A stretch of DNA of 64,000 bases from Candidatus Dormiibacterota bacterium. Its GTDB lineage: Bacteria; Chloroflexota; Dormibacteria; Aeolococcales; Aeolococcaceae. This document shows, in pieces, positions 9,607 through 20,222 of the stretch. A model generated the notes under the pieces. It made no database searches and was not told the origin of the DNA. It saw nothing but the letters and a program-made list of their open reading frames with translations. The stretch lies in NCBI GenBank assembly GCA_963754015.1, contig CAVWEG010000005.1, positions 215,206-279,205 on the forward strand, in the 5' to 3' direction. A program made the position numbers and the translations under genes. Numbering within the stretch: position 1 is the stretch's first letter; the number at the start of each line of letters is the position of its first letter.

Positions 9607-10116
9607 CTACTCGGCCTCTTCCTTGGGTGGCTTGGGGGCGCGACGGCGCGCCGGCCGTGGCGTTGCTGCAGGAGCAGCGGCTCCGGCCGCCGGCGCGGTG
9701 GCGGCGGCGGGAGTCACGACGGGTGTCGGCACGACGGTGCGCGGCATTTTCACCGCGCTGCGGCGCCGCACGTTCGCCGGCATCTCGTCATCGGTGACGA
9801 ACGCGCGAAGGTGACTGGTGCGCTTGAAGATGCTGCCAGCCATGCCGCGAGGCTTGGCGCGCCAGCGCTTGATGATCATCGCGCCGTCAACCTCGACACG
9901 CGCCACACGCAGCGACGAGGCGTCGAGGTTGTAGTTGTGTTCCGCGTTGGCGGCAGCCGACTTGATCACCTTGGCGATGTCCTGCGCGGCGGACCGAGGC
10001 GAGAAGTTGAGCACCACCAATGCTTCGTTGACAGGCAAGCCGGTGACCATCGCCGAGACGAGGCGGGCTTTGCGGGCGGTGGTGCGAACCCATTTCGCGG
10101 TTGCGACGACTTCCAT
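9607..10116 (-). CDS. rplV: 50S ribosomal protein L22 with Pro/Ala-rich C-terminal extension (169 aa)
   Basis: MEVVATAKWVRTTARKARLVSAMVTGLPVNEALVVLNFSPRSAAQDIAKVIKSAAANAEHN. Confidence 0.96.
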   Translation of the reverse strand: MEVVATAKWVRTTARKARLVSAMVTGLPVNEALVVLNFSPRSAAQDIAKVIKSAAANAEHNYNLDASSLRVARVEVDGAMIIKRWRAKPRGMAGSIFKRTSHLRAFVTDDEMPANVRRRSAVKMPRTVVPTPVVTPAAATAPAAGAAAPAATPRPARRRAPKPPKEEAE

Positions 10117-10124
10117 CTCAGCCC

Positions 10125-10409
10125 CTACTTCAGCGCCGTGCTGCGTTCGGTGTGGTGCCCGTGTCCGCGATATCTGCGGGTGTGGGCGAACTCGCCGAGC
10201 TTGTGGCCGACCATCGTCTCGGTGATGAGCACGGGAACGTGCTTGCGTCCGTCGTGCACGGCGATCGTGTGACCGACCATCTCCGGGAAGATGTCGCTGC
10301 GTCGCGACCAGGTCTTGATGATCCGCTTCTCGCGGGACATGTTCAGCTGCTGCACCTTCTTGAGGAGGTGGTCATCGCAGAACGGGCCTTTCTTGAGCGA
10401 GCGTCCCAT
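10125..10409 (-). CDS. rpsS: 30S ribosomal protein S19
   Basis: [19 protein letters not shown]...[28 protein letters not shown]. Confidence 0.97.
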   Translation of the reverse strand: MGRSLKKGPFCDDHLLKKVQQLNMSREKRIIKTWSRRSDIFPEMVGHTIAVHDGRKHVPVLITETMVGHKLGEFAHTRRYRGHGHHTERSTALK

Positions 10410-10411
10410 GG

Positions 10412-11236
10412 TTACTTGCCCCGCCGGCGCACGATCATGCGATCAGTGCTCTTGTTGTGACGCGTGCGGAAGCCGAGCGCGGGCTTGCCCCAGGGCGTCT
10501 GAGGATGGCCGCCGGCGCCGCTTCGTCCCTCGCCACCACCGTGAGGATGGTCGAAGGGGTTCATCGTCATACCGCGGACAGCAGGGCGGATACCGCGCCA
10601 GCGCGACTTTCCGGCCTTGCCGACGACTTCGTTCTCATGGTCGACATTGCCGACCTGTCCGATGGTCGCGCGGCAACGCACGTCGACGAGACGCACCTCG
10701 CCGCTGGGCATGCGCACCTGTGCGTACGCGCCCTCCTTGGCGAGCAACTGCGCTGCAGTGCCCGCGCTGCGCACCAACTGTCCACCGCGCCCGAGCTTGA
10801 CCTCGAGGTTGTGGATGGTGGTACCGAGCGGGATGTTCGTGATCGGGAGCGCGCACCCGGGTCGGATCTCGGCCCCGTCGCCGGAGCTGACCACGTCGCC
10901 GACGGTGAGCCCATGCGGCGAGAGGATGTAGCGCTTGTCGCCGTCCGCGTAGAAGAGGAGCGCAATACGCGCGCTGCGGTTCGGATCGTATTCGATCGTC
11001 TTCACCTTCGCCGGGACGCCGTCCTTCTGGCGCTTGAAGTCGATGATCCGGTAGGTCTTCTTGTGGCCTCCGCCCTGATGGCGCACGGTGATGCGACCGG
11101 ACGCGTTGCGACCGCTGTGCTTCTTGAGGTGCTCGACCAGGCCGCGCTGCGGCGCGGCTTTGGTGACGCCCTCGAAGTCGCTCACCGACATGAAGCGCCG
11201 GCCCGGGCTCGTTGGCTTGTATTTCTTCGTTGGCAT
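10412..11236 (-). CDS. rplB: 50S ribosomal protein L2
   Basis: [22 protein letters not shown]...[15 protein letters not shown]. Confidence 0.97.
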   Translation of the reverse strand: MPTKKYKPTSPGRRFMSVSDFEGVTKAAPQRGLVEHLKKHSGRNASGRITVRHQGGGHKKTYRIIDFKRQKDGVPAKVKTIEYDPNRSARIALLFYADGDKRYILSPHGLTVGDVVSSGDGAEIRPGCALPITNIPLGTTIHNLEVKLGRGGQLVRSAGTAAQLLAKEGAYAQVRMPSGEVRLVDVRCRATIGQVGNVDHENEVVGKAGKSRWRGIRPAVRGMTMNPFDHPHGGGEGRSGAGGHPQTPWGKPALGFRTRHNKSTDRMIVRRRGK

Positions 11237-11245
11237 TAGTTGGAC

Positions 11246-11566
11246 CTAGACGCCTTCAAAAAGACCTTCGATCTTCTGGCCTTCGCCGAGAGTCACGATT
11301 GCCTTCTTCCAGTCGGGGCTCTTGCCGAGGACGCGCGTCTGACCGCGCGAACGCCGGCGCGACTTGCCGCGAACGTTGATGGTGTTGACCTCGACGACGG
11401 TGATCTTCTGATCCACGAACGCCTCTTCGATGGCGCGACGGATCTGGATCTTCGTTGCCGACGGATGGCAGCGGAACACATAGCGTCCCGACGCCATCGA
11501 TGCGTACGACTTCTCACTGATCACCGGCAGCACCAGGACCTGCTCGAAGTTGAGGCCCGCCGTCAT
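11246..11566 (-). CDS. rplW: 50S ribosomal protein L23
   Basis: [53 protein letters not shown] overlaps the rplD stop (ATGA). The ORF in the track (to 11995) is a run-on. Confidence 0.93.
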   Translation of the reverse strand: MTAGLNFEQVLVLPVISEKSYASMASGRYVFRCHPSATKIQIRRAIEEAFVDQKITVVEVNTINVRGKSRRRSRGQTRVLGKSPDWKKAIVTLGEGQKIEGLFEGV

Positions 11567-12186
11567 GCGAACGCCTCCTCGATGTGCTCGATGGCGTCGC
11601 GTGTGACGATCACGGTCTCGGCCATGAGCAGGTCGCGGACCGACAGGTTGCCGGCGAGCGTGACCTGGACCTCGGCAATGTTGCGCGCGCTCTTCTCGAG
11701 CATCTCGTTGTGCGAGCCGAGCACGACGAGCACACGCTTGCCGGCGTCGACGGTGCGCAGCAGCGTCGTCACCGCGCGTGTCTGCGGCGCCTCGAGCGTG
11801 AACGCTTCGAGCACGACGAGACCGCCGTCCTGCGCCTTGGCGGAGAGCGCGCTCCGCAACGCGAGGCGGCGCTGCTTGCGGGGCATGTCCATGCGATAGG
11901 AACGCGGGTGCGGACCGAAGACGACACCGCCGCCTTCCCACTGCGGGGAACGCGTCGAGCCCTGGCGGGCGCGGCCGGTGCCCTTCTGGCGCCATGGCTT
12001 GCGACCGCCGCCACGCACTTCGCTGCGGGTCTTGGTGGACGACGTTCCCTGACGGGCATTCGCCAGCTGGCGAAGGAGCGCCTGATGCATCACGGGCTCG
12101 TTCGGCTCGATGCCGAAGACGGCCTCGGGGAGGTCGACGTTGCCGGTGACCGCGCCTGCCTGATCGACAACTCTCGCGGTGCTCAT
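11563..12186 (-). CDS. rplD: 50S ribosomal protein L4
   Basis: ...[42 protein letters not shown]... Confidence 0.96.
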   Translation of the reverse strand: MSTARVVDQAGAVTGNVDLPEAVFGIEPNEPVMHQALLRQLANARQGTSSTKTRSEVRGGGRKPWRQKGTGRARQGSTRSPQWEGGGVVFGPHPRSYRMDMPRKQRRLALRSALSAKAQDGGLVVLEAFTLEAPQTRAVTTLLRTVDAGKRVLVVLGSHNEMLEKSARNIAEVQVTLAGNLSVRDLLMAETVIVTRDAIEHIEEAFA

Positions 12187-12824
12187 ACAGCTTCTCCGAG
12201 AGTCGCGGAGCGATCAGAGTCGCGGACCATCACCACGCCGTTCTTGTGTCCGGGCACCGACCCGTGCACGAGCAGCAGATTGCGCTCGATGTCGACGCGG
12301 ACCACCTCGAGGTTGCGCACGGTGATCTGCGACGCGCCGTGATGGCCCGCCATCTTCAAGCCCTTGAACACGCGCGCCGCGTCCGTGGAGCCGATCGATC
12401 CGGCCTGCTTGATGTTGTGCGAGCCGTGCGACACAGGGCCGCGATGGAAGTTGTGGCGCTTGTGCTGGCCCGAGAATCCCTTGCCCTGGCTCACGCCGGT
12501 CACGTCGATGCGCTGACCCTCGGTGAACATGTCGACCGTGAGCCGCGTCCCGACCGCGACGTCGCCGGCATCCCGCAACTCCTGCAGCGTGCGCTGCGGT
12601 TGCAGACCGGCGCGCTTGAAGTGCCCGCGCATCGGCTTGGGCGTGCGCTTGAGCGTCTTGTCGCCGAAACCGAGTTGCACGGCCTCGTAGCCGTCGACGG
12701 GCACGGTCTTGCGCTGCACGACGTTGCACGAGTCAGCCTCGAGCACCGTCACGGGGACCGACGTTCCCTGCGGCGTGAAGATCTGCGTCATGCCCACCTT
12801 GCGAGCGAGAATCCCTTTGCTCAC
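12183..12824 (-). CDS. rplC: 50S ribosomal protein L3
   Basis: [30 protein letters not shown]...[35 protein letters not shown] overlaps the rpsJ stop. Confidence 0.96.
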   Translation of the reverse strand: MSKGILARKVGMTQIFTPQGTSVPVTVLEADSCNVVQRKTVPVDGYEAVQLGFGDKTLKRTPKPMRGHFKRAGLQPQRTLQELRDAGDVAVGTRLTVDMFTEGQRIDVTGVSQGKGFSGQHKRHNFHRGPVSHGSHNIKQAGSIGSTDAARVFKGLKMAGHHGASQITVRNLEVVRVDIERNLLLVHGSVPGHKNGVVMVRDSDRSATLGEAV

Positions 12825-13126
12825 AGCTTGATCTCGATGTTCACGCCACTCGGCAGGTTGAGTTGCATGAGCGCGTCGACGACCTTCGGGTTGGCGTCGA
12901 GAATGTCGAGGATCCGCTTGTGCGTGCGCATCTCGAACTGCTCGCGTGAGTCCTTGTCGATGAACGGTGAGCGCACGACGGTGTACTTGTTGATGGTGGT
13001 CGGCAGCGGCACCGGTCCCGCAACACGCGTGCCCGTCCGGGTAGCCGTCTCCACGATCTTGGACGCGGCCTGATCGAGGACGCGGTGATCGTATGCCTTG
13101 AGGCGGATGCGGATCTTCTGGGGCAC
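12821..13126 (-). CDS. rpsJ: 30S ribosomal protein S10
   Basis: (V)[45 protein letters not shown] start checked at 13126-13124. Confidence 0.97.
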   Translation of the reverse strand: MPQKIRIRLKAYDHRVLDQAASKIVETATRTGTRVAGPVPLPTTINKYTVVRSPFIDKDSREQFEMRTHKRILDILDANPKVVDALMQLNLPSGVNIEIKL

Positions 13127-13166
13127 GGCGGTTCTGGTGTTCCTCTGCTCTGGTTTCTGGTGTTGC

Positions 13167-14357
13167 CTATTTCTCGATGCTGGTCACGGCGCCGGCACCC
13201 ACGGTGCGACCGCCTTCACGGATTGCGAAGCGCATGCCGTCCTCGACCGCGATCGGGGTGATCAGCTCGATGCCCATCTCGACGTTGTCGCCGGGCATGC
13301 ACATCTCCTGGCCGTCCGGGAGCGCGATGGTACCGGTGACGTCGGTGGTCCTGATGTAGAACTGCGGACGATACCCGGTGAAGAACGGCGTGTGCCGTCC
13401 ACCCTCGTCCTTGCTCAGCACGTAGACCTGGGCCTTGAACTTCGTGTGCGGCGTGATCGTGCCCGCCTTGGCAAGCACCTGGCCGCGCTCGACGTCCTCG
13501 CGCTTGACGCCGCGGAGCAGGCAACCGACGTTCATGCCCGCCTCGCCCGCATCGAGCAGCTTGTGGAACATCTCGACGCCGGTGACGGTGGACTTGGTGG
13601 TGTCCTTGATCCCGACGATCTCGACCTGCTCGTTCACCTTGACGATGCCGCGCTCGATGCGGCCGGTGACCACGGTCCCGCGACCTTCGATCGAGAACAC
13701 GTCTTCGATCGGCATCATGAACGGCTTGTCGACGGGACGCGTCGGAACGGGGATGTAGGAGTCGACCGCCTCCATGAGCTTGAGCACGCCGTCGACCGAA
13801 TCCTTGTCGCCTTCGAGCGCCTTGAGAGCGGAGACGCGCACGACGGGGATGTCGTCGCCCGGGAAGTCGTACTTGCTGAGCAGCTCACGAATCTCGAGCT
13901 CGACGAGCTCGAGCAGCTCCTCGTCATCAACCGCGTCGCACTTGTTGAGCGCGACGACGATGTACGGCACACCGACCTGACGCGCCAGCACGATGTGCTC
14001 GCGTGTCTGCGGCATGGGGCCGTCGGTTGCCGCGACGACGAGGATCGCGCCGTCCATCTGGGCTGCGCCGGTGATCATGTTCTTGATGTAGTCCGCGTGT
14101 CCGGGGCAGTCGACGTGCGCGTAGTGGCGCGTCTGCGTCTCGTACTCGACGTGCGCGGTCGCGATCGTGATACCGCGCGCCTTCTCTTCGGGCGCGTTGT
14201 CGATCTTGTCGAACGACACGAACGCGTTGTCGCCACCGACGCTCTCCTGAAGAGCCTTGGTGATGGCAGCAGTCAGCGTGGTCTTGCCATGGTCGATGTG
14301 ACCGATGGTCCCGACGTTCACGTGCGGCTTGGTGGATTGGTATTTCTTCTTAGCCAT
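13167..14357 (-). CDS. tuf: elongation factor Tu
   Basis: 396 aa; [21 protein letters not shown] and NKCD GTPase motifs. Confidence 0.98.
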   Translation of the reverse strand: MAKKKYQSTKPHVNVGTIGHIDHGKTTLTAAITKALQESVGGDNAFVSFDKIDNAPEEKARGITIATAHVEYETQTRHYAHVDCPGHADYIKNMITGAAQMDGAILVVAATDGPMPQTREHIVLARQVGVPYIVVALNKCDAVDDEELLELVELEIRELLSKYDFPGDDIPVVRVSALKALEGDKDSVDGVLKLMEAVDSYIPVPTRPVDKPFMMPIEDVFSIEGRGTVVTGRIERGIVKVNEQVEIVGIKDTTKSTVTGVEMFHKLLDAGEAGMNVGCLLRGVKREDVERGQVLAKAGTITPHTKFKAQVYVLSKDEGGRHTPFFTGYRPQFYIRTTDVTGTIALPDGQEMCMPGDNVEMGIELITPIAVEDGMRFAIREGGRTVGAGAVTSIEK

Positions 14358-14398
14358 TTCGTGCCTCTACTGAACTCCTGCTCTCTCCGTTGTCTCAG

Positions 14399-16487
14399 TT
14401 AAACCTTGGCTTTCGCGACGAGCTCTTCGGCAAGGCTCGACGGAAGCTGCTGATAGTGATGAAATTCCATGCTGTAGTTGGCTCTGCCCTGCGTCATGCT
14501 GCGCAGATCGCCGACGTAGCCGAACATCGTCGCCAGCGGCACCTCAGCATGCACGATGTGCGACGCGGCGCGGCCTTCCATCCCGAGGATCTGCCCGCGA
14601 CGGGATGCGAGGTCGCCCATGACGTCGCCCATGAACTCCTCGGGCATGAACACGTCGACACGCATGATCGGCTCGAGCAGCACGGGCTTGGACTTGCGCA
14701 TGCCGTCCTTGAAGCCCATCGAACCGGCGATGTTGAACGCCTGCTCAGACGAGTTCGACATCGTGGTACGAGCCGTCCACCAGCGTCACCTTGAGGTCGA
14801 CGACCGGGTAGCCGGCGAGCACGCCGTTGGACAGCGAGTCCGCGATGCCGCGTCCGACCGGCGCGATGTACTCCTTGGGGATCGTGCCGCCGACGATCTT
14901 GCTGACGAACTCGAAGCCTTTGCCCGGATTGGGCTCGAGATCGAGCTCGACATGCCCGTATTGACCGTGACCACCGGACTGCCGGACGAATCGGCCGGTG
15001 CCGTGGCCCTTCGCGGTGATGGTCTCGCGGTACGACACCTGCGGCCGGCCGACGCTCGCGTCCACCTTGAATTCGCGAAGCATCCGGTCGACGATGATCT
15101 CGAGGTGCAACTCGCCCATGCCGGAGATGACCGTTTGACCGGTCTCCTCGTCGGTGCGCACGCGGAAGGTCGGATCCTCCTCAGCGAGCTTCTGGAGCGC
15201 GATCCCCATCTTGTCCTGCTCCGCCTTGCTCTTCGGCTCGACGGCGACTGAGATGACCGGCTCCGGGAAGGTGATCTGCTCGAGAACGATGGGGTACTTC
15301 TCGTCGCAGAGCGTGTCCCCGGTGGTGGTCTTGCGGAGCCCGATCGCGGCGGCGATGTCGCCTGCGCGGACCTCCTCGATCTCCTCGCGGTGGTTGGCGT
15401 GCATCTGGAGCAGCCGGCCGACGCGCTCGCGCTCACCCTTGGTGGCGTTGTAGACGTACGAGCCGCTGCGCAGGATCCCGCTGTAGACGCGGAAGAAGGT
15501 CAGCTTGCCGACGAAGGGGTCGGTGGCGATCTTGAAGGCGAGCGCCGCGAACGGCTCGCTGTCGCTGGCGTTGCGGACGACGGCGACCTCACCCTCGACC
15601 GCGGCGCCCTCGACAGAGGGGCGGTCGAGCGGCGACGGCAGGAAGTCGACGACGGCGTCGAGCATCGGCTGCACGCCCTTGTTCTTCAGCGCAGAACCGC
15701 AGAGCACGGGAACGAGGCGGGTCTTCACGGTGCCTGCGCGGAGGCCGTGCAGAATCTCCTCGGTCGTGAGGGTCGCACCGTCGAGGTACTTGACCATCAG
15801 CTCGTCGTCTGAGTCCGCGACGGCCTCGAGGAGCTCGTGGCGGTACTGGGCGACGAGCTCGAGCATCGACTCGGGGATCTCGGACCGCCGGAGGCTGGTA
15901 CCCAGATCGTCGGTGTAGATGATCGCCTCCTCGGTGATGAGGTCGATCATTCCCTTGAACTCCGACTCGGCGCCGATCGGGAGCTGGATGGGCACCGCGT
16001 GGGCACCGAGGCGCTCCTTGATCGAGTCGACGGCCGCGTAGAAGTTGGCGCCGATCCGGTCCATCTTGTTGATGAAGCAGATCCGCGGAACCTCATAGCG
16101 ATCGGCCTGGCGCCAGACGGTCTCGGACTGGGGCTCGACGCCCGCGACGGCATCGAAGACGGCAACGGCGCCGTCGAGGACGCGAAGGCTCCGCTCGACC
16201 TCGACGGTGAAGTCCACGTGCCCGGGCGTATCGATAATATTGATGCGATGGCCGCGCCACTCTGCAGCGGTCGCCGCAGACGTGATCGTGATCCCGCGCT
16301 CCTGCTCCTGGACCATCCAGTCCATCGTCGCGGCGCCCTCGTGGACCTCGCCCATCTTGTGGATGCGTCCGGTATAGAAGAGGACGCGCTCGGTCGTCGT
16401 GGTCTTGCCCGCGTCGATGTGGGCCATGATCCCGATGTTCCGGGTCTTCTCGAGGGGGAATGCGCGAGCCGCTACAGCCACAGCCAT
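14399..16487 (-). CDS. fusA: elongation factor G; reading frame broken by an apparent 1-nt insertion at about 14754-14755
   Basis: The 580-aa N-terminal ORF (14745..16487; [21 protein letters not shown]) ends ...GSYHDVELV*. The 120-aa ORF 14399..14761 continues [32 protein letters not shown]. The span is 2089 nt = 3n+1. Confidence 0.93.
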
Positions 16488-16488
16488 C

Positions 16489-16959
16489 TCAGTACCGGAA
16501 GTGCGAGAAGGCTTTGTTCGACTCGGCCATCTTGTGGGTGTCTTCCTTCCGCTTGATGGACGCGCCCACGCCGTTCGCGGCGTCCATGAGCTCGCCGGCG
16601 AGCTTCTCGGACATGCTCTTGCCGCCGCGTCCGCGGGCGTAGCGGATGATCCAGCGCCGTGCGAGCGCCTGGCGGCGGTCGTGGCGGATCTCCACAGGCA
16701 CCTGGTACGTGGCGCCGCCGACCCGCTTCGGCTTGACCTCGAGGATCGGGGTCACGTTGCGGATCGCCTGGTCGAAGACGTCCAGAGGCTCCTTCCGCGA
16801 GGACTTGCGGATCTTCTCGAAGGAGTCGTAGACGATCTTCTCGGCGATGCTCTTCTTGCCCGCGAGCATGATGCAGTTGACGAACTTCGCCAGTCCGACG
16901 CTCCCGTAGATCGGGTCGGGCAGGATGACGCGTTTCTGGACGCGGGCACGACGTGGCAT
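16489..16959 (-). CDS. rpsG: 30S ribosomal protein S7
   Basis: [42 protein letters not shown]. Confidence 0.97.
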   Translation of the reverse strand: MPRRARVQKRVILPDPIYGSVGLAKFVNCIMLAGKKSIAEKIVYDSFEKIRKSSRKEPLDVFDQAIRNVTPILEVKPKRVGGATYQVPVEIRHDRRQALARRWIIRYARGRGGKSMSEKLAGELMDAANGVGASIKRKEDTHKMAESNKAFSHFRY

Positions 16960-16965
16960 TGCTTG

Positions 16966-17346
16966 CTAGCTCGCCTTCTTCTCGCGCTTGGCGCCGTACT
17001 TGCTCCGGCCCTGCTTGCGGTTCTTGGTACCCGCGGCGTCGAGGGTGCCGCGGATGACGTGATATCGGACACCGGGGAGGTCGCGAACGCGGCCGCCCCG
17101 GATGAGCACGACCGAGTGCTCCTGCAGATTGTGGCCGATGCCAGGGATGTAGGCGGTCACCTCGACCTTGGTGGTGAGGCGAACGCGGGCCACCTTACGG
17201 AGCGCCGAGTTGGGCTTCTTGGGCGTGGTCGTGTAGACACGGACGCAGACGCCGCGGCGCTGAGGGCAACCCTTGAGCGCGCGAGCCTTGGTCTTGTGTG
17301 TCGGCTTGGTGCGGCCCTTGCGGACCAACTGTTGAAAGGTAGGCAC
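16966..17346 (-). CDS. rpsL: 30S ribosomal protein S12 (carries Arg at position 88)
   Basis: (V)[11 protein letters not shown]...[18 protein letters not shown]...[18 protein letters not shown] start at 17346. Confidence 0.97.
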   Translation of the reverse strand: MPTFQQLVRKGRTKPTHKTKARALKGCPQRRGVCVRVYTTTPKKPNSALRKVARVRLTTKVEVTAYIPGIGHNLQEHSVVLIRGGRVRDLPGVRYHVIRGTLDAAGTKNRKQGRSKYGAKREKKAS

Positions 17347-17426
17347 GACCCGTCCGTTTATGAGAGGTGCGCGAAGCCACGAAACAGCGCGCGCGAATAC
17401 GAGGAACGCTCGTGGAGCGAAGCGAC

Positions 17427-17456
17427 AGCCTACCAGAGGTTGAGTTCACACGTCAA
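17427..17456 (-). promoter_or_regulatory. candidate str-operon promoter: -35 TTGACG, 18 nt, -10 TAGGCT
   Basis: The minus strand reads TTGACG (17456-17451) tgtgaactcaacctctgg TAGGCT (17432-17427), about 80 nt upstream of the rpsL start. Confidence 0.4.
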
Positions 17457-17510
17457 ACCTGAACTACCTCGTTCCAGCGGCCAGGTGACCGCGGACCGAC
17501 AGGCCCGAGA

Positions 17511-18903
17511 TCAGGCGCGCGCGACCCGCATGCGAATCGACGTTCCCTGGCCGGGGACCGAGTTCGATCGACAGCTGCGCTCCGGCCTCGGCAACGCGCT
17601 CCTGGAGCAGCGAGAGTCCGACGTGCCCGGACTGCTGCCGCCCATTGAGCTCGTCGGGGCTGAAGCCGGCACCGTCGTCGGTGACCTCGAGGTCCATCGC
17701 GCCTGTGACTGCCACGAGGCGCACCAGGAGTTTGGCTGCGTGGGCATGCTTGACGACGTTGCGGATGCCCTCCTGGGCGGTCCGGTAGATGAGCGCGGTG
17801 TCCTGCATTGAGAGCGTCCTCGCCGAGGGATCCACGTCCACGACAACTTCGAGACCGGCGTCACGGGCCACGGCGCCAAGCCGCTCGAGCGCTGCCCCGA
17901 GGCCGCCGCGATCGAGATCCGGCGGCGCGATCTCCATGATCATGGTGCGGAGCTCGCGAATCGCGGTTCGCGATTCCTCGGACGCCGTCTGCATGACGCT
18001 CAGCAGCTCATCGTGGGACGGCTGCTCGCGCTCCGGGTTGCCGAGCCGCATTGCCGCCGACCCGAGGGTGAGGCTCACGGCGGTGAGGTTCTGCACCGGC
18101 CCGTCATGCAGGTCGCCGGCGATTCGCCAGCGTTCGGTCTCCGAGCTGTCGATCGCACGCTGAAGCAGGACCGCCCGTTCGATGCTGCTGCGCTGGAGCC
18201 TGCGGGCGAGCCGCCAGCTCAACGGGATCAAGAGGAGGAACAGCAGCCCGAGCCCGGCGGTCAGCGCCGGAAAGATGCCGTTCCAGACGCGCGCCTGGTC
18301 CGCCTGTAGCGCCGTCTCGAGCTGGTAAGTCTCGAAGAGGAGGTTCGTCCCGTTTGTCGCCTTCACCGGCAGATATACCTCGACAAGGCTGCCGAAAGAG
18401 CGCTCGAAGCGATTCTCCGGCTTGGAGAGGTCGCTGACCTCGGAGTTCGTCTGCCCGCTTTCGAATGCCTCCTGCTCGTCGTCGCCGAGCACGAAGTGCT
18501 CGCCGATGAGCGCGTGCTCGTCGGAGTAGACGATCGTCCCCGCGGCGCTCCAGATCTTCACCCGGACCACGCGGCTGCCGATCACGCCGTCCTTCACGGC
18601 AGAGTCGACCGCCTGGATCGCTGCCGGCGATCCGGCAAGGAGCGCTGGCGTCAGCAGCGGCTGCACGATGCCGTGGGCGTCGATCTGGGTGACCGTCTCG
18701 GCGTCGTTGATCGCCTCGGCCGTCGCCGCGCGGCTGACCTGCCAGAAGCTGAGCCCACCGATCGTCGCCGCGGCAAGTGCGCAGCCGGCCACGAACAGCA
18801 ACACCTCGCGGCTGACCGAGATCGGGCGGGCGAGTTGGGTCGTGCTGCGCTTGCGGAAGGGCAGTGCGACCCGTGGCAGCCGGGCTGCTACGGAACCGAG
18901 CAC
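17511..18903 (-). CDS. membrane sensor histidine kinase, HisKA_3/NarL-partner type; C-terminus frameshifted by an apparent 1-nt insertion at 17553-17556
   Basis: Two TM segments flank an extracytoplasmic region of about 150 aa. H-box ERWRIAGDLHDGPVQNL and N-box QEGIRNVVKHA are present. Frame A ends ...LSIELGPRPGNVDS..., while frame B (ORF 17511..17879) carries the expected ending PGQGTSIRMRVARA*. Confidence 0.85.
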
Positions 18904-18959
18904 TCGGCCAGTGTGGCCACCGCATGCGTTTGCGTCGGTCGCGGCATGGCGACAACCGC

Positions 18960-19151
18960 GCGACGCCTGCTACGATTTCGGCCTTCCAGCAGACGACATG
19001 CCGTCGTCCGTTCGCCGAAGACCGCAGGCGCGGAGCCGGATCCGCTCAATCTCCTGCGCAGGTGGGCAACGCTGCCGGTTCGTGCCGTTGGCACGGGTCG
19101 GTGCCGTCCCTGCCGAATCGGTGGAGGCACGGCACCCGACGGAGGCAGCCG
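18960..19151 (+). promoter_or_regulatory. rplJ 5' leader (possible L10/L12 autoregulatory leader)
   Basis: About 190 nt non-coding upstream of rplJ with several hairpins (GACGAC-atgcc-GTCGTC at 18992-19008; CGTGCC-gtt-GGCACG at 19081-19095). GGAGG Shine-Dalgarno at 19141-19145. The assignment is by position only. Confidence 0.3.
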
Positions 19152-19703
19152 ATGGCGTCCAGCACAGACAAGGCTCAGGTGACCCGAGCGGGCACGCGCA
19201 AGGTCGCGTCCGTCGCGCACCTGACCGAGTTGCTCACGAAGTCCACCTCGGCCGTGGTCACGGACTACCGAGGGCTCACCGTCCGCCAACTCGAGGATCT
19301 CCGCGGCAAGCTTCGCGCCGAGGGAATCGACTACGTCGTCGTGAAGAACACCCTGGCCCGGCGCGCCGCGGTGGACTCAGGCTCCAGCGAATTCGCCGCG
19401 GTCCTGGTGGGCCCGGTCGGGCTCGCCATCGGCTACGGCGACCTGTCCGCACCCGCGCGGATCCTCTTTGAGCACTTCCGCTCCACCCGTACGCTTCCAT
19501 CGGTCGCCGCGCTTGCCGAAGGGCAGGTGCTCGATGCGGCCGAGGTTCGGACCCTGGCCGAGCTGCCGTCGCGTGATGTGCTGCTCAGCCGCCTCGCCGG
19601 CGCCCTGCTCGGACCGCTGTCGAGCCTGGCCGCCGCGCTCGATTCGCCCAACTCGACGCTCGCCGCGACGCTCGAGGCCTACCGCGACAAGCTCGCCGCC
19701 TAG
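19152..19703 (+). CDS. rplJ: 50S ribosomal protein L10
   Basis: MASSTDKAQVTRAGTRKVASVAHLTELLTKSTSAVVTDYRGLTVRQLEDLRGKLRAEGIDYVVVKNTLARRA. ATG at 19152, 6 nt after GGAGG. Confidence 0.93.
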   Translation: MASSTDKAQVTRAGTRKVASVAHLTELLTKSTSAVVTDYRGLTVRQLEDLRGKLRAEGIDYVVVKNTLARRAAVDSGSSEFAAVLVGPVGLAIGYGDLSAPARILFEHFRSTRTLPSVAALAEGQVLDAAEVRTLAELPSRDVLLSRLAGALLGPLSSLAAALDSPNSTLAATLEAYRDKLAA

Positions 19704-19749
19704 CCGGCGGCACCTCACCCATCGCCTTTTAAAGAAGTAAGGAGAAGCA

Positions 19750-20136
19750 ATGGCCACCAAGACCCTCACCCCGGAGGAGTTCGTCGACGCCCTGCAGACG
19801 TGGACGGTTCTCGACGTCGTCAACGCCGTGAAGCTCATGGAAGACAAACTCGGCATCAAGGCCGCCGCGCCGGTCGCCGCCGCCGCCGCCCCGTCCGCAG
19901 CCGCTGAAGCCCCCGCGGAGGAGCAGACCGAGTTCTCGGTGATCCTCAACGGCCCCGGCGACGCCAAGATCAACGTGATCAAGGCCGTGCGCGAGATCAC
20001 CGGGCTCGGTCTCAAGGAGGCCAAGGACCTCGTCGATGCCGCCCCGAAGGCGATCCGCGAGGGCATCCCGCGGGCCGAGGCGGACAGCACCCTGGCCAAG
20101 CTCCAGGAGGCGGGCGCCAGCGCCGAGATCAAGTAG
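19750..20136 (+). CDS. rplL: 50S ribosomal protein L7/L12
   Basis: 128 aa; Ala-rich hinge, then [40 protein letters not shown] Shine-Dalgarno. Confidence 0.97.
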   Translation: MATKTLTPEEFVDALQTWTVLDVVNAVKLMEDKLGIKAAAPVAAAAAPSAAAEAPAEEQTEFSVILNGPGDAKINVIKAVREITGLGLKEAKDLVDAAPKAIREGIPRAEADSTLAKLQEAGASAEIK

Positions 20137-20198
20137 TTTCCAACGAGATCCGTGGACTGCGTCTGCAGGCGTTCGGGACGGCCGGGCGCCTGCGGCAC

Positions 20199-20222
20199 GC
20201 GTCCGGTTTGGGGTCCGGACGC
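20199..20222 (+). terminator. GC-rich hairpin in the rplL-rpoB spacer (possible attenuator or processing site)
   Basis: GCGTCCGG-tttggggt-CCGGACGC, a perfect 8-bp stem with no U-tract, within a 265-nt spacer. Confidence 0.3.

Noticed and set aside
8140-10272. 710-aa plus-strand ORF, together with similar long ORFs at 20333..22378(-), 25913..28210(-), 42705..44486(-), 52358..54628(-), 57975..59135(-), 28412..29464(-) and 16399..17811(+)
   Set aside because: All lie antisense to, or out of frame with, strongly recognisable genes (S3/L22, rpoB, rpoC, the acidic protein, the FtsX permease and others). Their Arg/His/Gly-rich composition is typical of mirror frames in GC-rich DNA. None carries a motif.
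1-18970. Repeated 10-mer CGACGCCTGC at 1-10 and 18961-18970
   Set aside because: A short GC-rich word is expected by chance in 64 kb of GC-rich sequence, and there is no extended similarity around it.
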